The notes under the pieces are model-generated. The model did no database searches and was not told the origin of the DNA. It saw only the letters and a program-made list of their open reading frames with translations. DNA of 64,000 nt from Lytechinus pictus. Lineage: Eukaryota. The stretch is taken from contig NC_087263.1 of NCBI RefSeq assembly GCF_037042905.1, positions 11,286,001-11,350,000 of the forward strand. Direction: 5' to 3'. Position 1 is the first letter of the stretch, and every line of letters starts with the position of its first letter. The translations under genes were made by a program, and so were the position numbers. Positions 38,160-50,183 of the stretch are shown here, piece after piece.

Positions 38160-38296
38160 GGCGCTCAAGCATTCGAGAAGTTGCTTACTACCGGGTACCG
38201 GGTTGAGTGCAAAAAAATGTGGGTGAATTTCTTGCTGAAGGAAAACACGCCATGGTTGGGAATCAAACCCCCTTCCCTCGGATTGAAAGACGGCGC
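38160..38296 (-). mobile_element. SINE fragment (subfamily B)
   Basis: Reverse complement reads GGTTTGATTCCCAACCATGGCGTGTTTTCCTTCAGCAAGAAATT..., matching 32101-32200. Confidence 0.7.
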
Positions 38297-38989
38297 CCGC
38301 ACATGTATTATTACTATTAATCATTATCATCATCATCACAACTATTGTAACCAAACTGTCTCACTTGAGTAAAAAAAAAAAAAGGTATTTGGATCTTCCT
38401 TTTTGTGTCTATGTTGTAAACAAGTGAAATAATACCCTTTTACATTTTGAGGCTTCGGCATATTAAGGTCATTAATTTTCTTTTTAAGTTTTCTTGCTCT
38501 TGTCAGTTGCTTAATTTTTCGGATAGCACAAGTGTCAAGCATTGTTTAAATGCAGATTATTCTCGGCAAACAAAATGACAAAACAAAATAATATGCGATT
38601 ATGTCGTGGCTTTATTCAATAGAGATGAACGCTTCCCGAAATTGGTGTCACAATCACATAAGTATAAAACATGGATATGAATACCTCTGATTAGAGACTT
38701 ACATTCATGTATATCTGAAACCAACCGATAGCCTCGAATTAGCTCCCCGAAGGGGGGTTAAACCCCCGGCTAGAAGGCCCCCCTCCCAGAAAATTCAACG
38801 TTAAATTTCGCGGCTGCTTTCCCACTGGTTCTCTGCTAGCCGGACAGGAATACCAGCACAGCTATGAACTACATTTATGAGCTACCGGCAAATCGGTGGA
38901 TTACAGATGTCATACTTATATCATATAATATACATATATATATACCAGCCTTCCCGCATGAGAAATTGGGTGAGGCCTAAATTTCACGA

Positions 38990-39167
38990 AAAATATAAAT
39001 GTATACAGAATACCAGCCTCCCCGCCTATGAGATCAGGTGAGGCCTAAACTGAAAGTTCGAGCGTGACACCCTTACATAAAATATAAATGTATACAGAAT
39101 ACCAGCCTCCCCGCCTATGAGATCAGGTGAGGCCTAAACTGAAAGTTCGAGCGTGACACCCTTACAT
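38990..39167. repeat. Tandem duplication, 2 x 89 bp, identical by eye
   Basis: AAAATATAAATGTATACAGAATACC...GACACCCTTACAT repeated with period 89; degenerate partial copy at ~38942-38981. Confidence 0.95.
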
Positions 39168-41966
39168 TCAAATCTACAATTGCGTTCTTAAAGTACTATG
39201 TAAAGTTATAAATAAATCCCCTTCGTCTAGGTACCGAATGAGGACCCGATTCAATATGAAATATTAATCAACGTACATGGCATCAAAGTGGAAAATCTAA
39301 TAACTAGAGGCGAAAATATAATTCACTGCTTTAAACACCTTGCAAAAGTGACCATTGTGGATTAAAGAACATATGCCATGTCAATAATAAGACAATACAA
39401 TTCATGTGAATTACCAATATATAACGAACACCCAGCCACAAAAACGGGTAAGGGCGAAAACCCACCTGACCACAGTCCAAAATAGATCAGAAGGATAAAA
39501 TTCCCTTACGGCCCACATTTCTAAATGCACGACGATCTTTGTATTGTTTTGGTGTGCGACCAGGCAAACTGCCTCCGGATTTGAATTCGTGTTTCGTTAT
39601 ATAAATCAATATTATATTAATGTAAGTAAACTAATTCAAATGTCCATTATCGACAGCTCTACATCCCGTTATTCCATTCTGAACGAGCTGTACATTCCAA
39701 TAAAACACAAATCAACTCTGAATGATACGTATAGCGTATCTTCATTCTCGACCTTCTCCAACGCATGTGTTTAAACAATATTCCAACATCGTTTGACCCA
39801 AACGTACCGTTTACATGGGTGGTTGTTGGGGAGGAGGTGGGAAAATTACAAGCGAATATTTTGGACGTTCATCTCCGTTGAAAGCCAAGACTAAAATGAA
39901 GGATTTTTCGCGCCTTCACACCTAGGCGCGCGCGCCAAAACATGCGCGCTCCTTGCGCCCAGTACAAATTATTATCATTGTGCGCATAAACCAAACAGGC
40001 TGGCGCTCCATTGTGACGTATCACCTCGTCAACCGCGCCATTCCAAATTACAAATACCTTCATGACCTGGCATTGTTCACCGACTAATAAATCATTTTAA
40101 ATCGCCGAGTCGTCTTTAAAATACAATATTAGGTCATCATCATAATTTACCTCTGGGATCGGTTGGGATTTCCCCGTTCGTCTTCTTGTCTTAATGTATA
40201 CCTCTTATCAAATAAAAAAAAACTCGGGTCTCTCTTATCAAACTTGTTAAATTAATGGATCGCGTGAGTGCATTTTTTGACACATCATCTATTTCCGAAT
40301 CCCTTATCATACACCTCAACTGCTGCATTAGTTTTGCATGACAATTTTCCAAACGCAATGCAGAAGTGAGGTAGAAGTGGAGAAAAGGGTGTGGTCATTA
40401 ATAAAGCTATAAGGCGCTAGAAACATGGCTGAAATGACAACGAATGCCTCGAATGTCCGGTAGACCGAATGTACGAGATAATAATAATAATAATAAGTTT
40501 TATATAGCACATTTCACATAATGAATATGTCTCTATGCGCTTCAGAAAATAAAGAAAATAAAAAGATGTGTTGGCGAGTTCACCTTGTTCACTTAATGTA
40601 CATTTAACGTTAAAAATTAATATTCATATCTTATCCTGATAAAATATATTAGTATTCGATCCTCCTAAATATATACACAAAATAAATTTGTGAAATGAAT
40701 GAAAATGAATTTCTCCTTTAAATGGAGCAATTCTTCCACAATTTACTCTCTTCTAAATTTTAATCACTCTATGTTTGTAATGATGCATGTAAGTGGGCGC
40801 AAGCATTAAGTGATTGACGCTGACATTTACTTTCTTTACTTGGCATCTATGGAAAAATCTGAATTATTTCTCTCCGCCGGAATGTTAAAAGCGAACCCTA
40901 CATTACTGGGCAAGTTTCATTAAGGCAAATAATCTGGACCAATATTTGCATTCAATATTGCTGGGTTTTGTGTTAAAAATAACATCAGTATGAAGAGGAA
41001 CATGTTGAAACTTCCATGCTTCAGAGTGCATGGTTCACTTGATAAAGACGATATGTACTCGTCAACATTTGCGGACTTCAATAAAATCTGTTGAAAAAAA
41101 AGTTTCAACATGCCTTTTGAATCTCTCTTTCACTCTCTCTCTCATCTTATGTAATCAATCCAGGTGAACACTTATTTTTCTTCCATCTGATCTATTTTTT
41201 TCTTTCCATTCACTTGTCATGTAAATATACGGCACAATAATACAGAGATAGAGAGAGATATAGAATAATTGAGTTGAGTGTAGTGGTATAAATATTCCCG
41301 TCAATAAATGTTTTTTTTTTAATATTAAATCCTATACCATATATATACATGTAGTTAAGCTTTATCAGCAGGTGTTGTCTTCACCATAATTCCGAATGGA
41401 ATAGTCTAAACATATCTTAATTTGTTGAACACAAAAAAAACGTAGGAAGGGAAAACATTATCCCTGCGTAGAAAAAATCCATTTATAAAAAGTTACTGTA
41501 AACTTGACTAAGCTTGCCATTTGACATTTCATTCTTTCTTTCACTTTGAGTGCTTTGATCATTGGTTTTAAGGGGAGCTGGATTCTTTGCAAACCATACA
41601 TTATTGAAAACCACAAATCTTTTGGAATTATAATAACATGTACATTAGACATATGAAAATTTGAATTAGACTTTATCATCTATAAAAACCGCGCTTTTCA
41701 ACCATTTTTTTTTACTCGAAGGCCAGTCTTTGACTCTCAGATTTGTGTCGAGGCCCACCTACTAAAGTTTTAAGAAAACGTCCATTTCGATGACAAATAT
41801 TTCGTGAAATTTGAACACAAATCTGAAGCACATTCGAAAAAAACAGACTGAGAACAAATCTGCATTCGCAAATGCCCGGTAAATGGGCGACAATTAACTG
41901 CATACACAATATGCATGCACATAAGGTTCACATCAAAGTAAGATCGAAACCATCATAGTGTGCATG

Positions 41967-42123
41967 CAGGGGCGTCGATCCATTTTTCAGATTTGGGGGG
42001 CAAAATCATTAACGTTCCAAAGGCGCTCGATCGTACAAAACACCCACCCACCCACCCACACACACACACACAAACACACACATATATATATATATATATA
42101 TTATATACACACACACACTCTCT

Positions 42124-42172
<49 letters not shown>

Positions 42173-42731
42173 GACTCATGAGACACAGACACGTATCTCA
42201 CTACACAGATAGTACGAGTGCCGAGAGTGAGCTCAATTTTTTTTATATTCTGAGATGAAAACTTGATATTCTAAGCATTTTTGGTACCAATGATTAAGAT
42301 TTGTATCTAAAAGAAGAATAGATGCGAGCGCGAAGCGCGAGCTGAAAATTTTGATATTTTGATCTGAAAAAATTATAGTTTACTGGACGTTTTTTATAAA
42401 GAACAAGCTATATATCCAAGAAAAGATTATTGCAAATTGAAGCAGTTCTTTTGAGGCTTAGAACTGAAAACGGGACATTTACATTCACCAATTTAATCAC
42501 AAATGTTTATATTCCAATCTGAAAAGCGGACATTTTGAGCACGATTTTAAATAAAGAACGAGTTGTGTATCTCAATCTCGCTTGCTGAACATTACAATCT
42601 TGTTTTTTTATGCATATCCGGAATTATTGGGGGGGGGGGGCAAAATGATATGTTTGCCCCCCCCCAATATTTTCATTGGTGGGGCGATCGCCCCCCCTGC
42701 CCCCCCCCCCCCCCCAGGATCGACGCCTCTG
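41967..42731. mobile_element. Non-autonomous hAT-type transposon, 765 bp
   Basis: TIR CAGGGGCGTCGATCC / GGATCGACGCCTCTG (1 mismatch); 8-bp TSD TGTGCATG (41959-41966, 42732-42739); internal CA/TA microsatellites. Confidence 0.9.
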
Positions 42732-44116
42732 TGTGCATGTGCATGCTTTGCAACATGCATGATACCTAATCGTGCTTTAATTTGTTTGACCCGCGTAGAC
42801 CTATCGGATATACCATGTTCGGACAGTCCTGTGAAATATACTATAGTTTTTCCCCTATTTTTTTTTCTTCTCCCTCTGGGGCTACTCGCGGCCCACCGGT
42901 TGGGAAGCTTGATAGGCTATCTTCATCATCACAGATTTTCTCAGTGAGCAATGCTTGATTTAAAGTCCCTTTAAATTATTTTGTCTCATCGCCTTCGGCC
43001 TTATGTATATGTATAAAGGGATAAACGGTCGTAAAATAATGATATCTAAATAAAAAGAATTATGAAAATACACCAAAATCTGATAACAAATATCGAAGCT
43101 ATGCAATTTTTAACTTAAGCTATATTTTTTTAACAGCTATGTGCAAGTCATCATGAAGATTCATTATTTGGGCTGATGATATCACATGCCCCCTTTCATT
43201 CTCCTTATGTTATTACATGAAAGTATTTTATATTTCCATACATGTGTATATGATATGTCTCCCTTACTAAAGAATAAGTTGCAGTTATGAATATCCTATG
43301 CATTGAATATGTCTTTGATGACAACATTTTGAACAAACATGTTTTCATGTAATAAAATACAAAAGAACAAGTGGGGACACAACATCATTAATATCCTCTG
43401 TGAATATTCATGAACACATTTATATAACTGTTTTACAGAAATGATGAAAATCTTTAAAATAACATTGTAATTCCTTGTTGATTTTGATCAGATTTTCGGT
43501 GTTTCTTTTTTCTGATATTTCTTTTTTCTTATATTTCTTTATCTGTTCAAGTCATATACGTTTCAGCCTGGAGTACCCTCTTTAACGAATTCGCTCTTGC
43601 CTTTTTTTCCAATGACGCAGAAGGCTCGTAATCTGCTCCCTTGCCTGTTATAAGGAAGCTGGATAGGATTTGTAAAGTCAGTCACGAAATTAGTTTCAGA
43701 AATCCCCAAGATTGATGAGAAATGTGAATATCCCCGGAGATAAAAATATAATGTATTGCATCAATAAAATCAACATTACTTAGATTTGATAGGCCACATA
43801 AGAATATAAATATCCGTGTGATGTGCCTATAGACATAGCGAGAGACGTGGTTTTGCCTTATTCTACGACATGGGGCCAGAGTGAATTTAATGCTATACCT
43901 GGAGAGACGCATTTGTATTCGTTACAAAGCAAATAGTTAAAGTTTTGAAGTACATTATGTGAGATGAGACAAATGTAAAGCACGGGAAATTGTTGCAGAT
44001 CGATTGGGAATTCACAAATGAATTCAATGAGAGACATTCATGTATTAGGCCTCCGAATTGAACTAAAGCTAATTCGCACCATCTCCCACACTTATAAATT
44101 CATTATTTGTATTATT

Positions 44117-44301
44117 CAGGGGTGTGAGAGTTCAGATTTTTTTCTGATTTCAGAATTTTTTTGTTTTGATTTTCAGCTTAACTTCAGCTTATTTTTGGCC
44201 TTCCTCTGTACAAAAAGTATGAGAGCTCTTTCTATTTCAGACTTTTTCAACACTCTTCAGCTTTTTTCAGATCTTTTTATTTGTGACCACTCACACCCCT
44301 G
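44117..44301. mobile_element. 185-bp MITE
   Basis: 12-bp TIR CAGGGGTGTGAG / CTCACACCCCTG; TTCAG repeats; ATTATT on both flanks; second copy begins at 63868. Confidence 0.8.
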
Positions 44302-45939
44302 ATTATTATGCTGGCTAATTGAAGGCATTAATAACTATGGCGAAGTTACTGGAAAGGTGATGTGTGGGTGGGTGTGACTGTGAGAGTGTGTGCGTGTGTT
44401 GGGGTATGTTGGATGTATGTCCTCATTAAGAGGATAAATTTCCGCCATGGTATATCCTGAAAGCCCACATAATGAAAAAGCATCATCCATTAGTCTTAAG
44501 CCGCTTGGGGTCACAAATTTGTAGAAATACAGAGCTATCTCGCAGCAATCATAATGATTAACCAAGCGATACCTTTTAACAAGTCTAAACACATGGTAGC
44601 TGAGAAGTAATAAAAATAGCGAATTGAAAGAGAGGAACAGTTAATTGCTTCATTCTCACCCTGGCGCTGTGATAATCTTGAATCCCTCCCCCCCCCCCAA
44701 AAAAAAAAAAAAAAAAAAAAAAAACGAAAATGAAAACAGATATACCGTATTAATACAGTTATAGGAAACTTGAAATTAAGAAAAGGGTTATAAGTATCTG
44801 AAACATTCTTTACCTCTTCTCTTGCCATTAAAGGTGGAGTCTACCCTAGCATAAGTTTTTCTTTCACACACACACACACACACCCTCACACATACAAGAA
44901 TCATAACTAATCAGAAGAACAGATTTATAAGCATTCTTTAACATTCGTTTGTCATGCCCCTATTTCTTGTTACATTATTAAAGGTTAGTCTCTCATGGTG
45001 TAAGGTTTTTTATTCCAACAAAAACAAAATCAGATATACCCCCATCGATAAACCTCTTAAAAACTTAAAAGGATATTAGTGTTAAACTTTTTAATTTGTA
45101 AATAAATTGATAGAGATTTCGTCGATAATTTATGTGATTTAACTCCTTTACAAGCAGACGAAATAATTACATTGGATTATGGATCATTCAAAATATGGCA
45201 TACAAATTGTTTGACGTACTAAGGACATGATCAAGTTGTCTCATGCGATGCCATAACTACAACAAAATCAATCTGTACTCGGATGGGTTTTCGCAAAAAC
45301 CATTGTAAGGTTCGTTGGCCTATGGATTTGCTTCCCCCTACAATGAGCACTAGAAATTCACAGGTTGTTCATGGAGAATGCACCATAGTTATTTCGACAA
45401 GCCCTTATTTGTTACAGGATTTGATGAAGTGGATACACTATCCGCTGACATTTTCCACACAACATCCCCAGGCTAGGAAGGCCATTACATGTTGAAAGGG
45501 AGCCAGAGGTACAACCGGACGGTTACCTAAGTATACATGTATAATGGAAATGTCGTTGTGAACGAAATTTAAAGGGACGAGATAAAGCGCCGAAGAACAA
45601 ATTCGCTAAGAAAAGTTAATGTATATAAATTACCAGGGGGGGGGTCAGAAATATCAAACTGAGCAATAGAGTCAGCATAAGCAGCAGCTGCAGCGTTGTA
45701 ATTACTACAATAATTCAAATTCAGGTATCTCATATCTGAATTATTATTGGGAAAACACAGAAACATATCAATCAGGAACGAAATGTTTATCGGAAATTTA
45801 TGATAATTTCATTTAATCGTTAATGTAATAAAGGAACTCAGGTAGTCATCAGTACCAGACATACCAGGGTACTAGACACGCTAGATATACACGTAAGGAA
45901 GAAGGAGGGAAAATAAACAGAGGAGGTTGGGAGTATAGT

Positions 45940-46062
45940 AGGGTAGTAGTATAAGTAGTAGTAGTAGGGAAGTAGTCGAAGTAGTAGCAGTGGTAGTAGT
46001 AGTAGCAGTAGTAGCAGTAGCAGTAGTATTAGTAGCAGTAGTAGTTGCAGTAGTAGTAGTAG
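45940..46062. repeat. (AGT/AGC)n microsatellite
   Basis: Visible trinucleotide array. Confidence 0.9.
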
Positions 46063-48965
46063 AATTATATAAAGCATAGGAAACGACGGTAACACTTCTG
46101 AAAATGATATTGATATGTTCAACATATCATAACTCCGTGTAAATCAATGGCAAGCATTAATCATAAAACCTGAAACTATTCATCGTCTATGTCCATGTTT
46201 TCCTCGGTAAGAATTATAATATATTACATTAAAAAACAAATTGTATTGGGACAATCCACCTTTTTTCAATTAGACACTGATCATATAGTATTTTCGTTAC
46301 GTCTACATCGCATGTGTCATGTACGTGTTTGTTTATGGAATGCAAGAATGAAAGACGATCCTATAAACAGATTTATATGTGAAGATAAATCCTTCGTAAG
46401 ATTTAGTCGTCATTAATCCAATAACCAGGATTACTGCGAGATGACGCCAACTGATTTAGGCAAACTTAACCCCTCACCCCCCCCCCCCCTTGGAGAAATT
46501 TGAAATTGAGCCGTATGATAAGTAAACACTCTTATATTTTGAGGAAAAAATATAGCTGTCAAATTGACATTGACAGCCCAAATTAATGAAGTGTTCCGGA
46601 TTTATTACAACTATCATTATTATTTTCAAGATATATTACGCAATGAAACGGGATTGGCCTAAGTTGTTAGAGTCAGGGCGAATAGCAAACTAGATCTTCA
46701 AAGCAACATATTTTCAATCTATAAAAGATCAAGTCCACGCCGCAAAGTAAATTTGATTTGAAGAGAGAAATTAAATTAGGAAAGTTTTCATCGAAATCGA
46801 AAGTATATAAGAAATTTGTGCATGTTATGACATTTTGAACGAAACGCACGTGTTGTGTGCAAAATTACTTTTACATTTTTAGAAATATCGTTATAATATG
46901 AAATAATGAAATGATTTAAAGCTAAAAATTTAAAATTTATCATTGATTCCTCATGGAACCTGTAAAAATCTTCATCGTCAAAATAATTCATTTTGTTTTT
47001 TGGGGACAAAACTAAAACCGTGAGAGATCGAGAGACCACTACTCCCTACACCCATACACGCACTCCCTCACCCACTCACACATATACACACCCTCACAAA
47101 TACCCTCATACACACATATAGATCGACACTAAATCGTACACGCACACAATAACATGCAGAAATGGTCAAACATATAGAGTTATTAATTTCTTTATTTTCC
47201 AATTTTCAGATCCACACAAACCATTGTTCAAGGCATCCACGCTTGATTACAGATTGCAATTCATTATTGTGCCGTGCATAATTGATATTTTTTATAACAC
47301 TGTCGTTAAAATGGACGCAATTAAGCTCCCGACACGCTTAGTACCCACCCCAGGGATGATATTTATCAAATTAGTTATCTAAATGACCACCTTGTTAATA
47401 TTTGACATGTCTAGAGACCCTTAAAAAAAAGGGGGAGTTATGCATTGCTCCAATGAAAAACATGCATATAACTACCAATAGTTTACTACTCATATATTTC
47501 CCCGCTAAATTATGTTAATGGTGGGGTCCCGTAATGAAGAAGAAATCCTTAAAATATTAAGAAGTTCTTTTTGAAGATTGTTATTAAATTTAATGTCAGG
47601 ATTACTCTGTTGATCTCATCCTGCATGGTATAATTCAGTTTCTTCTACGGGCATCTGTCCTATATGTTTCAGTTTGTATTAATATGTCAATTATTCATTT
47701 ATTCAAGGAAACATTAATTAATAAGCAATAATTTCCGACGGGTTCCCTTTTCATTTTATTATCGATTATGTTGTCTTATATTTTACCCTACCTCGTTGAT
47801 TTGTTCCTAATTGATTTATCAATCAGATAATAAGATTCGGCATATTTTTTTTTTACAGTATGCCTTAATTTTTAGGGAAATCTAGCGTTGACTTGGTGAG
47901 GGGATAGACCTCCCCCTCCCCAACCATCAAAGAAACAAATATGCCTAAGTTAATACAAGAACTAGCAATAAACTTAAATAGTATACGATGCATTTGAACA
48001 AGAGGGGCCATAGGCATGGTAGGGTATTTTGATAAAGGATGTTAAAAAGGCAAAAAGGTTCTTTTTACGGGGATGACGGCGCCAAAAAATATTTTTGATT
48101 GTGAAGATTAGATTATCCAAAAAAGACGTATTTGACACTTTCATAAAACTGGTGTTCACGTACCTAATTTCCTAGAATACTTATTTCCATTCAGAATAGA
48201 GACAGATGGATGACTAGCCATAACAGTGTAGGAATCGGATCGTGTGATTGAAATCAAGCAAAAAATGTAATAAATGATAGAAATTTTTTGACAATTACCA
48301 TCTGATTGCGATTTTTTGCATGGTCACCCCCCCCCACACACACACACACACACACACACTTTAAAAGCTGTTCCGCGGCCCCAGTTGCAAACCTTTCTTG
48401 TTTAATGCAATTAAAAGAAATATGAAAACAAATGAGCTCTAATGTGTCTATCGCACATGTATATCATTATTGTTACGTGCTTTGACCTTGGTTGAATGTG
48501 GCACTTTTTTATTAATAAAGTTGTGGCAAGAAAAATCCTAGTTGGATTAAAGTGCAGCACGAGGAAACAGCAAATAGGTTTCATTGACCAACACAGATGA
48601 GAATGATAAGAGTTCATTTCACGAAGTGCAGTTACTTTACAGTGATCGTGTTAATATCTCAGGTGTAGCTGGGCTGCATTTTACATTCATGTAATAAATT
48701 CTTACGTGTAAACCATTCACCTCAGGTGGAAGAAGTGAAGCCAATATAGACAGAATTCTTGCTTAATGAAAGTAATGCCTGAAGCAGAATTCGATCTTCA
48801 GATGAAAAGGTAAGTCAAAATCATACACACTGTGCAACAAACAATGCTTGATGAAATATTCGGAATGCATAGTATAAATTATCAATTTTTGTAGAAATGA
48901 TTACTGAATACCCTGTTGCACGAGCTTCACATAATCATTCTTAACAAGTTCTAGCAATTGCGATT

Positions 48966-50183
48966 CTAATGAAAAGTAGGCCGTTCGTTGATGACGTGCA
49001 TGCCTTTCCTTAGATGTAGAAATTGCATGAAATTCTGCTTGTAGTGGATATTGGTGAACGCATACAAAAGGGGATTAACAGCCGAATTCCCCCAGAGGAT
49101 GAAGGTCAATATCTGTGTCACGGCCTCGTTCGCTGATTCCTCCCCATTGATAAGAACAATGCAATCGTATATGTAATACGGGAGCCAACTAATGATGAAC
49201 ACGATAAGCAGAGCGGTAAGAAGCTTAGCTGCTTTGTGGTGACGCGAGCGCGCTTGTGCGAATCGATGAACGCGAATCTCATTGTCCCTGGTACGCGAGG
49301 TGCTCTGTGACCTGAGGTCATCCGACAGTATCGTTTGCGCGTAAGACGATGGTTCAAAAGAGTCGACGCAAGTCGGTACCTCGTACGTGATTCCACTTTG
49401 GCTACAAAGTACCCTGTAGGATGTTAAAGAAATGGCATTCGGTTCGTAAAGCCCACTTGCTGTATCTTTGCCAAGGTTGATGGTAGGATCAAATGCAACC
49501 GTTTGCGCCTTTCGACTGAGTTTGATCCTACTCCCTTGTCGGTGTATATGCATGAAAACCTTTGTGTTCAGTAGAAAGAGGCACGTCACTGGCACAACGA
49601 ACTCTACTAAGAACATGGATATGACTAAAATTTTGTCCCTCCTGTATTCCAGATTGCAAGTTTGATATTTCAGGTATTTATATTTCGTGATAGCCGAATA
49701 GAGGAATGCTATACATAGATGAATAAAAAGGCACGCGGTCCAAACCACGATAAAGATTTGAGCTATTCGTCGTCGGGACTGCCGAGCACGATGACGCATT
49801 GTGTTCCTAACCATTAGGTATCGATCAAGACTGATTGCGATGATGGTAATGACCGACATATCGGTCGACGTGAAATCGATAGCCCATACAATGATGCACA
49901 CCGTTTGTCCGAAATACCAATCGTCTGTGACGTATGTCGGGGCGTTAACCAACATGACCAATCCTACAAGTAAATCTGCTATGGCAAGATTTAAGATGTA
50001 GGTATTCGTTGAATTCTTCCTTATGCGTTCGTCCCGCTTGTACGCGACGAGAACGAAAATATTCCCAGTGACCGTCAAGGCGGCAAAGGGCAGGTAAAGG
50101 CAACAAACCAGAACAATACGTGCGGCAGAGGGGTTAACGTGGTGTGTATCCGAGTCGTTTAGAGATTCCCCTAGGCTTTCCAT
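48966..50183 (-). CDS. Class A aminergic GPCR, histamine H3/H4-receptor-like, 405 aa, intronless CDS
   Basis: Seven hydrophobic segments; GN in TM1, LAIAD in TM2, TM3 Asp (WAIDF) and DRY, EFVVP in TM5, SWLPY in TM6, LWGNSAVNPLLY in TM7; N-glycosylation sequon NDS. Confidence 0.93.
   Translation of the reverse strand: MESLGESLNDSDTHHVNPSAARIVLVCCLYLPFAALTVTGNIFVLVAYKRDERIRKNSTNTYILNLAIADLLVGLVMLVNAPTYVTDDWYFGQTVCIIVWAIDFTSTDMSVITIIAISLDRYLMVRNTMRHRARQSRRRIAQIFIVVWTACLFIHLCIAFLYSAITKYKYLKYQTCNLEYRRDKILVISMFLVEFVVPVTCLFLLNTKVFMHIHRQGSRIKLSRKAQTVAFDPTINLGKDTASGLYEPNAISLTSYRVLCSQSGITYEVPTCVDSFEPSSYAQTILSDDLRSQSTSRTRDNEIRVHRFAQARSRHHKAAKLLTALLIVFIISWLPYYIYDCIVLINGEESANEAVTQILTFILWGNSAVNPLLYAFTNIHYKQNFMQFLHLRKGMHVINERPTFH

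Noticed and set aside
38990..39167. CRISPR-like repeat array
   Set aside because: Contiguous tandem units with no unique spacers; eukaryotic context; no cas genes
45220..45530. Moderately GC-rich block that looked exon-like
   Set aside because: Every frame I tried stops early and no recognisable motif or consistent splice pair was found
49118..50001. Short ORFs overlapping the GPCR on both strands
   Set aside because: Shadow frames of the GPCR CDS with no independent features
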